Source of the DNA: Cladosporium halotolerans
Lineage: Eukaryota
NCBI RefSeq assembly: GCF_011745625.1
Contig: NW_027191488.1
Location: 62,001 to 126,000 of the forward strand
DNA: 64,000 bases
Direction of reading: 5' to 3'
The position numbers and the translations under genes were made by a program. The notes beneath the pieces are model-generated. The model worked only from the letters and a program-made list of their open reading frames with translations. It ran no database searches and was not told the DNA's origin. Of the stretch, positions 11,209 to 22,136 are shown piece after piece. The first letter of the stretch is position 1; every line of letters begins with the position of its first letter.

Positions 11209-12528
11209 TCACTGCCCAACCAACCTCCCAACCGCCTCCCCAACCTCCCTCGGATCCTCAAAAACGTGCCAAAGCCCCCTCTCCAACCCCTCAAAAGCCC
11301 TCTCAAACCTCGCCTCCCCATTTTTCTTCTCCTCGTCCATCCCCGCGATCCCCTTCACCTTCCGCACGAAAATCGCCCCCACCCAGCCGGGGAACTTGCG
11401 CGCGCACGCCCCGTACGCCTCCGGGTCCGACTGCGTCGAGTCGCCGATGAGGATCACCTTCTTGCGCGGCAGCCACGAGTGAACCTTCTCGATGCGGTCG
11501 GATTTGTATTCCTCCGTCCCCTGGCTGAGGGAGGAGATGAGACCGCCCAGGTTCTGCCAGGAGGCGTCGCGGAGGATGAGCGGGCCGGAGGGGAAGTGCT
11601 GGGAGCGGAAGGCGCGGAGGAACGGGTAGAGGTTGTAGGGGCTGGCGGAGAGGTAGACGAAGGCCGGGTCGTTGAGTTTGCGGGTTAGGTCGGCGTAGAG
11701 TTCGGGCATGCCGGGGACGGGGAGGGGCTGCTCGACGCAGAAGGTGTTGTGCAGGATGCCGAGGGGGGAGGTTGTCTGGGTGATTTTGATCGTGTCGTCG
11801 ATGTCGCTTATGATGGCCCAGCCGGTGGGTTCGGTGAGGTGGGTTACGCTTTCGAGGCCGAAGGGAGGGGGGAGGTTGGTGGCTGTTGTTTGGATTTGGG
11901 GCAAGGAGGGTCTGCTAGACGTCAGCATGTCGATGGGGAAGTGGTTTTGGAGGCGGTCGTTGCTCACTCGAAACCAAGTTCGCGAACATCGTCGCTGTAG
12001 CCACTCTGATTGCTCGGCCCAAGCTTGAGCGTCTCCTTGCCATCGACCGTCACTTCCAGCGTGCGGTTCGGCAGAACCTGGTCCACGAACGGCTGCAAGC
12101 GTCTAGCGATGCGTTTCTGCAATTCCTCGTCGTCCGGATTCAGATCAAGGGAGTCCGCGATTATGGCGACAGCTCGGCTGACGTCCTTACCCGTGCCCTT
12201 GATGAAGTAGCACGCGACGAACTCGGCTTTCCATTTCTCACCCTCGCGGAAAGCAGTGTTGTCGAGGATCCAGACGTTGTGCAAGGCCGGATCGACGGGC
12301 TTGGGCTTTTCCCAGCTGTAGGCTCACGCGTTAATATCAGTTAGCGACTTCCGTAATGGCGACTTACGGAAATGTGATGGGAAAGCGATCGAACAGGTCC
12401 GGAAGCCACGAGGTGAGCTCCTCGGGGACATCAGGGGACCACGGAGAGGAACGGTGGATGTTCCCGGCGTGGAGGATGTCGACCGTCGCCCTGCGAGCTT
12501 GAGAGGTGATCTCGCGGAAGAAGGCCAT
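11209..12528 (-). CDS. Phosphatidate phosphatase APP1-type catalytic domain protein (DUF2183)
   Basis: ATG 12528; introns 12316-12367 and about 11912/11915-11967. Motifs IISDIDDTIK (DxDxT), YLSASPYNLY, IGDSTQSDPEAY. Confidence 0.88.
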
Positions 12529-13260
12529 TCTTGCAAACTTCACTAGCGAGGCCAGGATGCGGTGCTATGCGTGAGAGAAAGAAGGGAGCGGTCAAAGACT
12601 TTAGGGTTGGGCGAGTCGGCCGAAACGCGACCTGGACGTGCGGTTTGATATAGAGCAGACGGCGAGACGACGAGCACGTGGCCAGGGTCGTCGGCGACGT
12701 TGTCTGAGACGAAGACGCAGCAGGCCTCGTCTTCAAACAAGAGTGACGGCCTGCCGAGAGGAGACAGAGCAGGCTAACACCAACCCCCCCGGCAGCGCTG
12801 CCCAGGAACTAGGAACTCGCAGGCGCATGTGGCCTTGTCTGTTGCATGCGGTGGTGGGCGCCTGCAGCAGCGGCGGGTGATCACCAAGCCACAACCGGCA
12901 GTCATCTTGCCAATCTGGTGCGGCCAGTCTGTCGATCCTCAGGCCATCCGTGCTGCTGGTGTCGAGAGAGAAATCCGACGTCGCGTAGAGGTATACCACA
13001 TGCTATCAAGCGCAGATGTGAGTCGTGCATGAGATGCGACAATGGTGGACGTCTGAGTGATCGAGAACGACGGAGATCGAGAGCGCGATGATGCCGCTTC
13101 CTGACATCCACCACGCTAGCGGAGCCACGGCTACGTCAGAGCAACATACTCCAGAATGATGTATCGATTCATGCAAGAAATGTTCGGCGTCGATTGTAGA
13201 TTGTAGAATCCATAGACCCCAAAAAATCAATCAAAACAAATCAGCGACTAAACCATCGCC

Positions 13261-14356
13261 ATGCCCACCCCCACCGCCTCCCGCATCGCCATCATCGGCG
13301 CCGGCTCAGTCGGTTCGACCATCGCCTACACGCTGCTGACGAACCCCATCGCCAGCGAGATCCTGCTCGTCGACCCGAAAGAGGAGATCCGCGACGCCCA
13401 GGTCCAGGACCTCAGCGACGCGACCTACCACGGCAACACGAGCACGCAGGTGCGCGCGGGCACGCACGCCGAGGCAGGGCAGTGCGATGTCATTGTTGTC
13501 ACAGCGGGGGCGAAGCAGAAGAAAGGTAAGTATTTACTTGGTGCACTATGATTTTCGATAAAGGCCTTTCGACCGGGATCTACAATCAACAGAAGAAACC
13601 CCTATCCCTAACCACCTGCCAGGCGAATCCCGCACCGACCTCATCGGCCGCAACCAATCGATCCTGCGCAGCGTGATCACCGACATGCAGCCCTTCAAGC
13701 CCGAGGCCATCCTGCTCCTCGTCGCCAACCCCGTCGACGTCCTGGCCTACTTCGCGCTGCAGTACTCCGGCCTGCCGGCCAACCAGGTCATCGGCAGCGG
13801 GACCTTCCTAGACTCGGCGCGGCTGCGCGGCGCGCTGGCGACGAAGGCGGGCGTCGCGGCCAGCTCGATCGATGCGTTTGTGCTGGGGGAGCATGGGGAG
13901 TCGCAGATTGTGAGTACGAACGCTTTATTTTGTGGGTTTTGGGGTTGGCAGAAAGGCTGATTGTTGTGGCAGGTCGCGTGGTCTAGCGCTTGTATCGCTG
14001 GTATTCCTCTGCACGTTTTCCCGGCGACCCGTTCGCTTGACCGGGAGGCGATGGCGACGGAGACGAAGCAGAAGGCGTCGGCGCTGATCGAGTCGAAGGG
14101 TTCGACGGAGTTCGGTATCGGTAGCGTGACGGCGAGTATTTGCAGGTCGATCTTGTTTGATCAGAAGGTTGTGCGGCCGGTGAGCATATACGTTGACGAG
14201 CTGAAAGTCTGCCTGAGCAAGACTGTTGTGCTTGGGAGGAAGGGTGTCGAAGAGATTGTGGAGTTGCCGCTCAGCGACGAGGAGTCTGGTGCTCTGGAGA
14301 GCTCTGCGAAGCAGCTTAGGGAGGTGATCGAGGAGGCTGAGAAGCAGAGTTCTTGA
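13261..14356 (+). CDS. L-lactate dehydrogenase (LDH/MDH family)
   Basis: IAIIGAGSVG, TAGAKQKKGESRTDLIGRN (Gln in the LDH specificity loop), VANPVD, GTFLDSARLR, GEHG. Introns 13526-13622 and 13910-13972. Confidence 0.9.
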
Positions 14357-14393
14357 TTGGCTAGAGGATAGCCTCTGAAAACAAAGAACCATT

Positions 14394-16230
14394 TCAATCA
14401 TCGGGATACTCGTCTCGCATATTGCTCACGAAAGTCTTCTGCTCATCGTCCCAGCGCTTGAAATAACGGCCCGCCAAATCAGTCAAATTCTCCGACGGTT
14501 GGTCGGAGAGAATGGTGATGTTTTCTTCCGCAACATAGCGAACGCTTTTGTCATCGGCACTGTCCTCAAGATTAGCAAATGTCCAAGGGACACTATAAGA
14601 ATTGCGAGTACTTACACGACATTGTAAAAGGGCTGCTCCCTACCCTTAGGCAGATCGTCCACTCTCATCTGATGAATCCAGCGGTCCTCCGCACCACAGC
14701 GAACATCCCATCCGATGATGAAGCCCTCATATCCATAGCGCCTATGTTGAAATTGCTGGCCGATCTTGTAGCTTACGTGCGCGGTACTCGGTCCNNNNNN
14801 NNNNCCCGGGGGCTCGGAGCTTTCTTCTGACTGTCCGCCGCCCTGGCAGCCGTGATAAGATGCATGAGAACGGGATGCTCGCGATCGCCGATGAACATTG
14901 GCAGTATCGTGTTCTCCACCAGGCCGAGGTCTTCGGGAAAGTGAGTCTGGAAGTGCTCGATCAAATAAGGAAGACACTGCTTGCGCCTGTGCTCTGCTGT
15001 GGCATTCGAGCTGCCGTCGCCTAGCACCATCATTGACCACAGCATGCTGTACCACGCCGCCTCGATGTCGGGCGTCAAGGAGCGCTGAGTGATGCCGCGT
15101 TGGCGGTCGCGAGCCTCTTGCACGCTGTTCATGATGTTGCGACCTGTGCGCAGGGCGACTTCGAGGGTTGAGGTGGCGCCGAGGAAATACGGGTGCTGCG
15201 CGGCGGGTGCACCCATTTGGGAGAGGCGGAGTGAGAGCGGCTCGCGCGGGACTTCGTCGCTCGAGCGCCAGGGATCCATGTGCATGATCTCGGGGTCCTC
15301 GTCGGGTTGGTGTGTCTTTGGTTTGCCATCGAGTGTTGCGTCTTGCGATGCCTCGATGACGGCGTGGACGTGGGCTGGATAGTTTGAAGGTTTTGCATTG
15401 ACACCTAATCGGCGTGCCACGGCGCAATATATCGCTACTGATTGGAGTGGCAAGCTGGTGTGGATTTCGTCAAAAAGTGCAATGCTGATAAAGTTGTTCC
15501 GAAGCGCGTGGTATTCTTCGGTGTTCGGATTGCCTAGCAGCTGTCGTGATCTTAGCCATCTTGCAATTACATGCGCTTTCAAGCGAACGGTCATGTCGTC
15601 GAATTCAGGCTCCTCAGCTCGGATGCATCCAGCAAGCCTGTCAAGCTCGCGTGAGATATCAGACAGGTCGCCGCGCCTTCCAGTCAAAACGAACAGGTCG
15701 TACGCTCCGAGTACCTCCTCCAGCGCCACCATCTGTCTCTTTTGCAACCTCGTCCACTTCTCAATCGCAGTCCCTCGATGTAATTGTCCAAGGATCGCAT
15801 TCGCGTGGTAGCGCCTCGCCAATACATCTTCAGCCTCGTCCGGCGTCTCGTGCAATAGCCGCAACATCAGGTCCTTAATGTCGTATCCCATGCTCGATAT
15901 CTTCTCCATCCGCTGTACGCGATACTGCTGCGTGAGCAGCATCTCGTCAAATAACCGCAGAGCCTCAATATCCTCCCGTCTCCGCTCGTTGTACAGTTGC
16001 CTCCATCTCACTTGCGCCGGTGGCTTTGCCATTTTTTCTTGCACGTAGTGATTGGTATTCCAGTAACGCCATGTTTCCATACAATACCGCCGCCAGACCA
16101 GCGGCTCGTAGGTGATCTTGTTACACTGCTTGCATGTCGCGCCGAAGGAGAGCGTGGCGGCTGGCGGCAGGTGGAAGACGATCGCTTCGAGGAGCTCGTC
16201 AGGGAGCTGGCGCATTGTTGATTTGTCCAT
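14394..16230 (-). CDS. F-box protein with transglutaminase-like (SirB1) and YccV/hemimethylated-DNA-binding-like domains (FBXO21-like)
   Basis: F-box LPDELLEAIVFHLP; central SLPLQSVAIYCAVARRLG..NYPAHV; C-terminal YKIGQQFQHRRYGYEGFIIGWD..QPFYNV..RYVAEENI. Intron 14560-14615; stop TGA 14394-14396. The frame is broken only by the N gap at 14795-14804. Confidence 0.88.
14795..14804. other. Assembly gap (10 N) inside the F-box gene
   Basis: Ten N characters. Joining the flanks with a 1-nt overlap restores the frame (..SPRGPSTAHV..). Confidence 0.95.
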
Positions 16231-16758
16231 GTTGGCGAGCCTGAGAGTGCGGTGATACTGAACTGCCCGTGGGCGCTTTATCGCTAGCTATACCGGGCAG
16301 AGGTGTTCCAGACACTAGTCGCAAATGTGTCGAGAGCGCCCAGGTGGGACATTGATGTCAGACGTCAGTATGCGACAGCCGCGATATGACGCCACGGACG
16401 ATCAATCGCGAGCGTGGGAATGTAGGGCCTGCGGCGGTGGATGGTGAAGGGGATCTCCAAGATTCTAGAACGTATCAGATGAGGCACGCGATCATCAGTA
16501 TCAATGTAGCTGTTCCGCACGATGCCTGGTCTCCCCAAAACGGGCGCGATGGGGCGAGCAGGCACCAGGTGGAAGCGAGTGCGCCCTCCACAGTGCAGCG
16601 GCACATCGGCTCTTCGGAAGCTGCTGGCTCCGCTATAATGTAATCACCAAAGCCTATCTGCAGCCCTACAAGATATCTAGTGATTCTGCCCTCATTCCTT
16701 CTCGGACGGCACATCTGCTGCATTTGTTATAGACGTGGGGTCTCCTATTCGCCGAAAA

Positions 16759-18636
16759 ATGTCGGGTCAGCAGGACGGCGGAGAGCTCAAGCGCTTCGAG
16801 TCTTACCAAGTAGGTACGCCCGCAATACCCCTCCACAGTGCTCACGACACCCTTGCCTGACCGCCCGCAGTACCCGTCCGGACACGTCGGTCACCTCACC
16901 CAGACCCAGCGCGATACCCTCGAGCGCTTCAAGGAGTTATGCCAGTCTAAGAAATACTATACTCCCGCGACCGAGTCGGCGCCCGCGAGCCACGATGACG
17001 AGACCTTGCTTCGATACCTCAGAGCCCGAAAGTTTTCTCCCGAAGAGGCTTTTGGGCAGCTGAAGGACACGGAAGATTGGCGCGCGGAAAATCAGCTTGA
17101 CGAGCTGTACAACACCATCGACATCGAAGAGTACGAGCAGACGAGGAGACTGTACCCGCAATGGCTCGGTCGACGAGACAAGCGCGGCATCCCCGTCTAC
17201 CTGTTCGAGGTTGCGCACCTGGACAACAAGGCGGTGTCGGCGTATGCGAACAGCACGGAGAAGAAGGGGCAGTCGACTTCCTCGTCGAAGGTGCCGACTA
17301 AGATGTTGCGTCTTTTCGCCCTCTACGAGAACTTGTGCAGATTCGTTCTGCCCCTGTGCTCAACTATGCCTGACCGACCCTACCCTGAGACGCCGATCAG
17401 CCAGAGCAGCAACATCGTCGATATTTCCAATGTTGGATTGAGGCAATTCTGTGAGTTTCGACTGCTTACATTCAGACCGTGTCAACCTAGGCTAACGTGC
17501 AATGAAAAGGGAACCTCAAGAACCACATGCAGGACGCCTCTGTCCTGGCCACTGCGCATTATCCCGAGACCTTGGACAGGATCTTCTTGATCGGCGCTCC
17601 TTCATTCTTCCCCACGGTCTGGAGCTGGGTCAAGCGATGGTTCGACCCGATCACCGTCTCGAAGATCTTCATTCTTTCAGCCGCCGAAGTGAAGCCCACT
17701 CTCTTGCAGTACATCGACGAGGAGAACATCCCGAAGAAATACGGCGGAAAGCTCGATTTCAAATTCGGCGACATGCCGCTGTTGGAGCCCGCGATGGCCG
17801 ACACAATGGACTGGAAAGACAGCACTCGCAAAGGCGGTTTCCGCTCGTTCCCCACAGGCCCCATCAAATGGGACAGGGGCGCGGACGGCACCATGCACGC
17901 CGTCGCAGTCGGCACAGAGAACGGCGTCAAGCGCAGCCTCCCCATCGCAGGCGTGCACCCCGCCGACAGCGCCGCGCAATCCGCTCTCAAACCCGGCCGC
18001 TCGTCAAAGGCGGACCTGATCCGTACCACCACGGGCGAAGCCACCCACCCCCCGACTCCCCCCGCCGGCGCAGCAGACGTCAAGCCCGCCGATATGGCCG
18101 ACGCGGATTCCAACGAGGGCAAGACCGAGGGCGCCGAGGTCCCCGACACCAGCCGAGCGGGCACCTACACCGTGCCCTTCCGCGACGCCGCGGGCGACCG
18201 CACAGAGCCCCCCGAGGTGCGCCAGGGCACGAGCGACACGCGCTTCGAGCAACAGTCGTCTACTCACGCCGCGGACAAGCTGGCGGAGGGCACGCCCGAG
18301 GTCCGCCACATGGGCCACGGCGACAAAGTCAATGTCATGGAGCCCGGCACTATCGGCCAGGCGCCCAAGGAGCACCCCGTTCCGAAGGTCGAGGAGCAGC
18401 CGTCTGTCATCGATCAGGCGAAGGACATGGCTGGGCAGGCGTACACGCAGGCTGCGAATCTGCCGCACACGGTCGCGGCCGCTGTCGGTATGGGAGGCCA
18501 GCAGCCTAAGGAGGAGCCGAAGGAGCCGGTCAAGAAGGAGGATCCGGCTGTCGATGGAATGGATGCGAGGAAGGTCGAGGAGTTCCTGAGGGCGCAGAAT
18601 ATGAGCAAGCCGCAGCCGCCGGGGAACCAGGGTTGA
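16759..18636 (+). CDS. Sec14 / CRAL-TRIO lipid-binding protein with acidic C-terminal extension
   Basis: ATG 16759; introns 16810-16870 and 17451-17509 (AAG acceptor). Motifs DDETLLRYLRARKF, RDKRGIPVY, HYPETLDRIFLIGAP, NIPKKYGG. Confidence 0.9.
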
Positions 18637-19451
18637 GAGTGCTGAGTGGAGTCGATTGGATAAGTTAAGGGGCAGGACCTTTGGTGCTTTCATTTTTCAG
18701 AAGTCTGGAGCATCTATCATCACGCATATTCATTTTCTCTAAGGGGGCTAGTAGGTGTAGATAATGGCATTGCAATATACACATTTGAGCGATATCTTGG
18801 AGCACCGCCCGTGATTGGCCCTGGGGGAGCAGAGGTGTGAAGGCCGGTCATCTACTTCTGTTCTTGGACTCAGGCAGTGGCGACAGTCATTGCTCTCCCA
18901 AAATTTGCTGTGGTTGTTCATGGTGTCCACCTGATCATGTCTGGTCACTCAACGCCCGTAGTCAACGAAGTCAATTAAGCAAGTGAAGCGACTTTCGTTC
19001 CGCAAAACGCAAGGAAGGCTGCTCGTCCAGTCCATCATCGTGAGGCCATTCTTGTTCGTGGTAAGAAAAAACTTTACGCCGACCGCAAGGAGTGAAGGTG
19101 TACGCGGCAGTCTTCGTTGTCTGTAATTTGATTGAATTGCAGCAGATGAAAAGCTGCTGTAACTTCGGGCGAGTGCTGTTGCTTGTGCCGATACCTTCAC
19201 TTCCAGCTCTATGAGCCGGCCATTGCCACTGAGATTTCAATGGCTTTATTCAATATGCGACAGACTTAAGCTTTGTGAAAGGTCATTCAGGCAGCCACGA
19301 TTGCCGCTTTGGGATGCAGTGGAGTGAAGTGAAGTGAATCGCGCTGCAGGGTTTATAAACAACTCTTCTCTACCTCCATGCGCTGCTCTTCCTTGCGGTT
19401 TCCAATAACACGACATCCATTTGCAAATCGCTTTTGATTCTCGTTAACAAA

Positions 19452-20537
19452 ATGGACGCCCACGAACCATACTTCATTCACAGCGGACGTCTAGACGACG
19501 ACGGACGCATTAGAGTCGAGCAGAGCTCGCTCTCCAACATGAATGTTGCCAACGAGGATGATGTAGGTGAACTCCCAACTTTCCCCTCAACCCAAGCTTC
19601 GGCCCCCAAGCTAACACCTCAGCAGGTGGATTACACTATTCGCTACGAAGGCGACGACCCCGTTCGCTACGTCTATCCAGACCCGGGGAACAACAACGAA
19701 GGTACGTTGTCTGGCTACGGTGCGACGAGTCCCAAGGCAATCGGGTTGTTGGACAACTTGTTCGACGAGGTGATGTGGCCGTCGTGGGCCGGTACGAGCA
19801 AGGAGGGGCCCGACACAACGATCAACGTTCCGCCGTTTCCGCCAGTTGGAACGCAATCGCAACCGATCCCTCAGCATCAGAGCCATCCAGCAGCTCAGAG
19901 CAGCGACCTTTACACCACGCCATTGCTCAACCACTACCACGCCTCGCCCCAGCTGGCCGAGTATCCCGTCGCACTTCAGCCGGCTCTCCCGTTCGCGATG
20001 CCAAACACCGTCGCACCAGCACCCTACGACCCCCTTCTAGTTGCGATCCCACGCAACATTGCACCGGCACCTTTCCAGCCTGTTCCGAACGCGATCCCGA
20101 ACACCATCGCACCAGCACCCTACAAGCCCCTCCCCGTCAACCCCCCAACACCGGCCCTCACCCAATCCTCCCTCCGCTCCCCCTCCCCGCCCCTCCCCCT
20201 CGGCCCCCGCGTCTTCGAACCCCTCCCCGCCAATCTGCAGGCCGTCGTCGACGCTATCAACGAGCTCACCCGGCAGAACCAGCACACGCAACCGCGGCGC
20301 GCTGCGCTGAAGAACCCGTTCAAGGTGCTACCGAATGAGGCAGCGGTGGAGATTAGGAAGCATTTCAATGGCGGCACGGGGGTGCTGAGGGAGAACTCGG
20401 AGTTGAGGGGCTGGATCGGGGATGAGAGGTTCTTTACGGCGTCGGTTTGGAAGTTTTTGGCGGTGGCGAGGGCGAGGGAGTGGCTGAGGAAGGATCACAT
20501 GGGGGGAGATGCGAAGGTGGAGGTCGAGGAGAAATGA
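19452..20537 (+). CDS. Proline-rich hypothetical protein with internal 16-aa repeats
   Basis: ATG 19452 in aaaATGG context, TTTATAAA about 100 bp upstream, 361-codon ORF with host-like codon usage. No family recognised. Confidence 0.65.
   Translation: MDAHEPYFIHSGRLDDDGRIRVEQSSLSNMNVANEDDVGELPTFPSTQASAPKLTPQQVDYTIRYEGDDPVRYVYPDPGNNNEGTLSGYGATSPKAIGLLDNLFDEVMWPSWAGTSKEGPDTTINVPPFPPVGTQSQPIPQHQSHPAAQSSDLYTTPLLNHYHASPQLAEYPVALQPALPFAMPNTVAPAPYDPLLVAIPRNIAPAPFQPVPNAIPNTIAPAPYKPLPVNPPTPALTQSSLRSPSPPLPLGPRVFEPLPANLQAVVDAINELTRQNQHTQPRRAALKNPFKVLPNEAAVEIRKHFNGGTGVLRENSELRGWIGDERFFTASVWKFLAVARAREWLRKDHMGGDAKVEVEEK
19995..20138 (+). repeat. 48-bp coding tandem repeat x3 (A[MI]PxxxAPAP[YF]xP)
   Basis: Units start at 19995, 20043 and 20091, each beginning gcgat and containing gcacc(a/g)gcacc. 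Confidence 0.85.
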
Positions 20538-21268
20538 GGCGCTACAGTGGGGTCTGAGCGATTCCTGGTTGGAGTTGGAGCTGGAATACTCTACGGCCAC
20601 TGGCTCTGTGAGGGTTTGGACGAGGATTTCTTTGTTCGGGTCGAAGGACAAAGGCATGGTGCGGAGCGACGCACCGCGTGTTGCATTTCTGGTTGGGGAG
20701 GTTGAATGAAAGATCCTAGATTGTTGAGTAAGTCGTATCAAATCCAAGTCAATCGCAAAAAGAGTCCCAGTATCATCGTTCAGTCATCGCGTGTGATCAG
20801 TCCTCATGTCAACATCGACGGTCGTCTCCAAGCTCGGGGATCGTCCAGCCCACTTGCCCTTTCAGGACCGAAACACAGCACGACCACGTGCAGGCATCAC
20901 GAACTCAAACCTTCGTCTTGCCGCGGTAAACTCCGACGTCATGGCACTTTGACGACTCATACCGCATTTCGAAGGCTACAACTTGCTACAATCGAGTCTC
21001 AACTGCCAGCTGTCGTGTGCTCTACTCTCTCAAAGTGCTGCCTGAACAGCCCTCCGTGAAGCGGGGCATCAACCTTCAAACACCCGCTGGGCTGCTCGAG
21101 CCAGCAACTCCAACAACCGCGCTATCTACCCGCCTCACCGACTTGCAGCAGCCTTAGCCTCTCTACTCTATATACAACAACACTCACAACGAATTCCCAC
21201 CGGCAGAAACATCCGAATCAGTCACAAAGACAGTCCCAACTCCAGCGCGGAAAGTCCCCCCCGCAACC

Positions 21269-21778
21269 ATGGCCGACTTCCTCACCAACCTGTGGGAATC
21301 CGTCTTCACCTCCGGCCCGACACCAACCCTCCTCCTCGCGACAAACGCCACCTTCGCGACCCTGCAAGTCCTGCTCCTCCTCCTGCTCGCCGCGACCTAC
21401 AGCGTGCACTTCGCCATCCTGTCGACCATCTGCGGCGGCCTGTGGTGGTCGATCAACTGGTTCGCGCGCGAGGTCGCGGCCGTGAGAGCGGAGGAGGAGG
21501 CGAAAGCGAAAAGGGAGAAAGAGAAGGAGAGGGTTGCGAGGGGCGGCGCGGAGAGCGCGGACGACGAGGGCGAGAGCACGGAGGTCGAGGGCGAGGGGCT
21601 GGAGGCGAGCAGGGGGAGTTTGTCGCTTAGTGGGTTTGAGGAGGGGGCTGTGAGGTCTGGAAGGGAGGGGGAGGAGGGAGAGGTGAGGCAGAGGGTGCAG
21701 GCGGGGAGGAGGAGTGGGGATCTGAGCGGGGAAGTTAGTACGGATAGTGAGTGGGAGAAGGTTGATGATGGGCGGTGA
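21269..21778 (+). CDS. PKR1: ER membrane V-ATPase assembly factor Pkr1
   Basis: Characteristic N-terminus FLTNLWESVFTSGPTPTLLLATNATF, two TM segments, SVHFAILSTICGGLWWSINWF, charged tail. Confidence 0.88.
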   Translation: MADFLTNLWESVFTSGPTPTLLLATNATFATLQVLLLLLLAATYSVHFAILSTICGGLWWSINWFAREVAAVRAEEEAKAKREKEKERVARGGAESADDEGESTEVEGEGLEASRGSLSLSGFEEGAVRSGREGEEGEVRQRVQAGRRSGDLSGEVSTDSEWEKVDDGR

Positions 21779-22136
21779 GATGTGCTTGGAATGGGGATAC
21801 ATGTTGGTCGGGGTCGATACTCTGGTCTCTGATACGCATGCTATAGAAGACGGATCCTACTGTGCTTCTCTTTCTCAAATTCATGTCTCCTGATGCTCAT
21901 CTGTCAATTGACATTGGGGTATATTGCTCCTTTCCTACTGTGCAAAATGCAAATGCAATGATGTCTTCGCTCAAACGCTGCAAATCCTGCCACACTGCAA
22001 AGTTTTTTAGCGCCTAACTCCGTGCTACAATGCTTCAATTCAGATTTCAAAATTAATGCTTTCGCAAGCTCTGCTGAGCTGATATTCGCGATTCAGTCCA
22101 TGGTTCCAGCGTGTATCAATGGCCCAGGGTGATCAA

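Noticed and set aside
13526..13622. Longer introns (13526-13622 and 60317-60420) as further stwintrons
   Set aside because: Each splices in frame as a single canonical intron, and I found no split donor or acceptor.
14773..14830. Apparent frameshift/pseudogene in the F-box gene
   Set aside because: The frame change coincides exactly with the 10-N gap next to a GC-rich CCCGGGGG run, and both flanks encode intact domains. Assembly artefact.
17507..17509. AAG 3' splice sites (also 35917-35919 and 45695-45697)
   Set aside because: Less common than YAG but a normal minor class in fungi; all restore conserved protein motifs.
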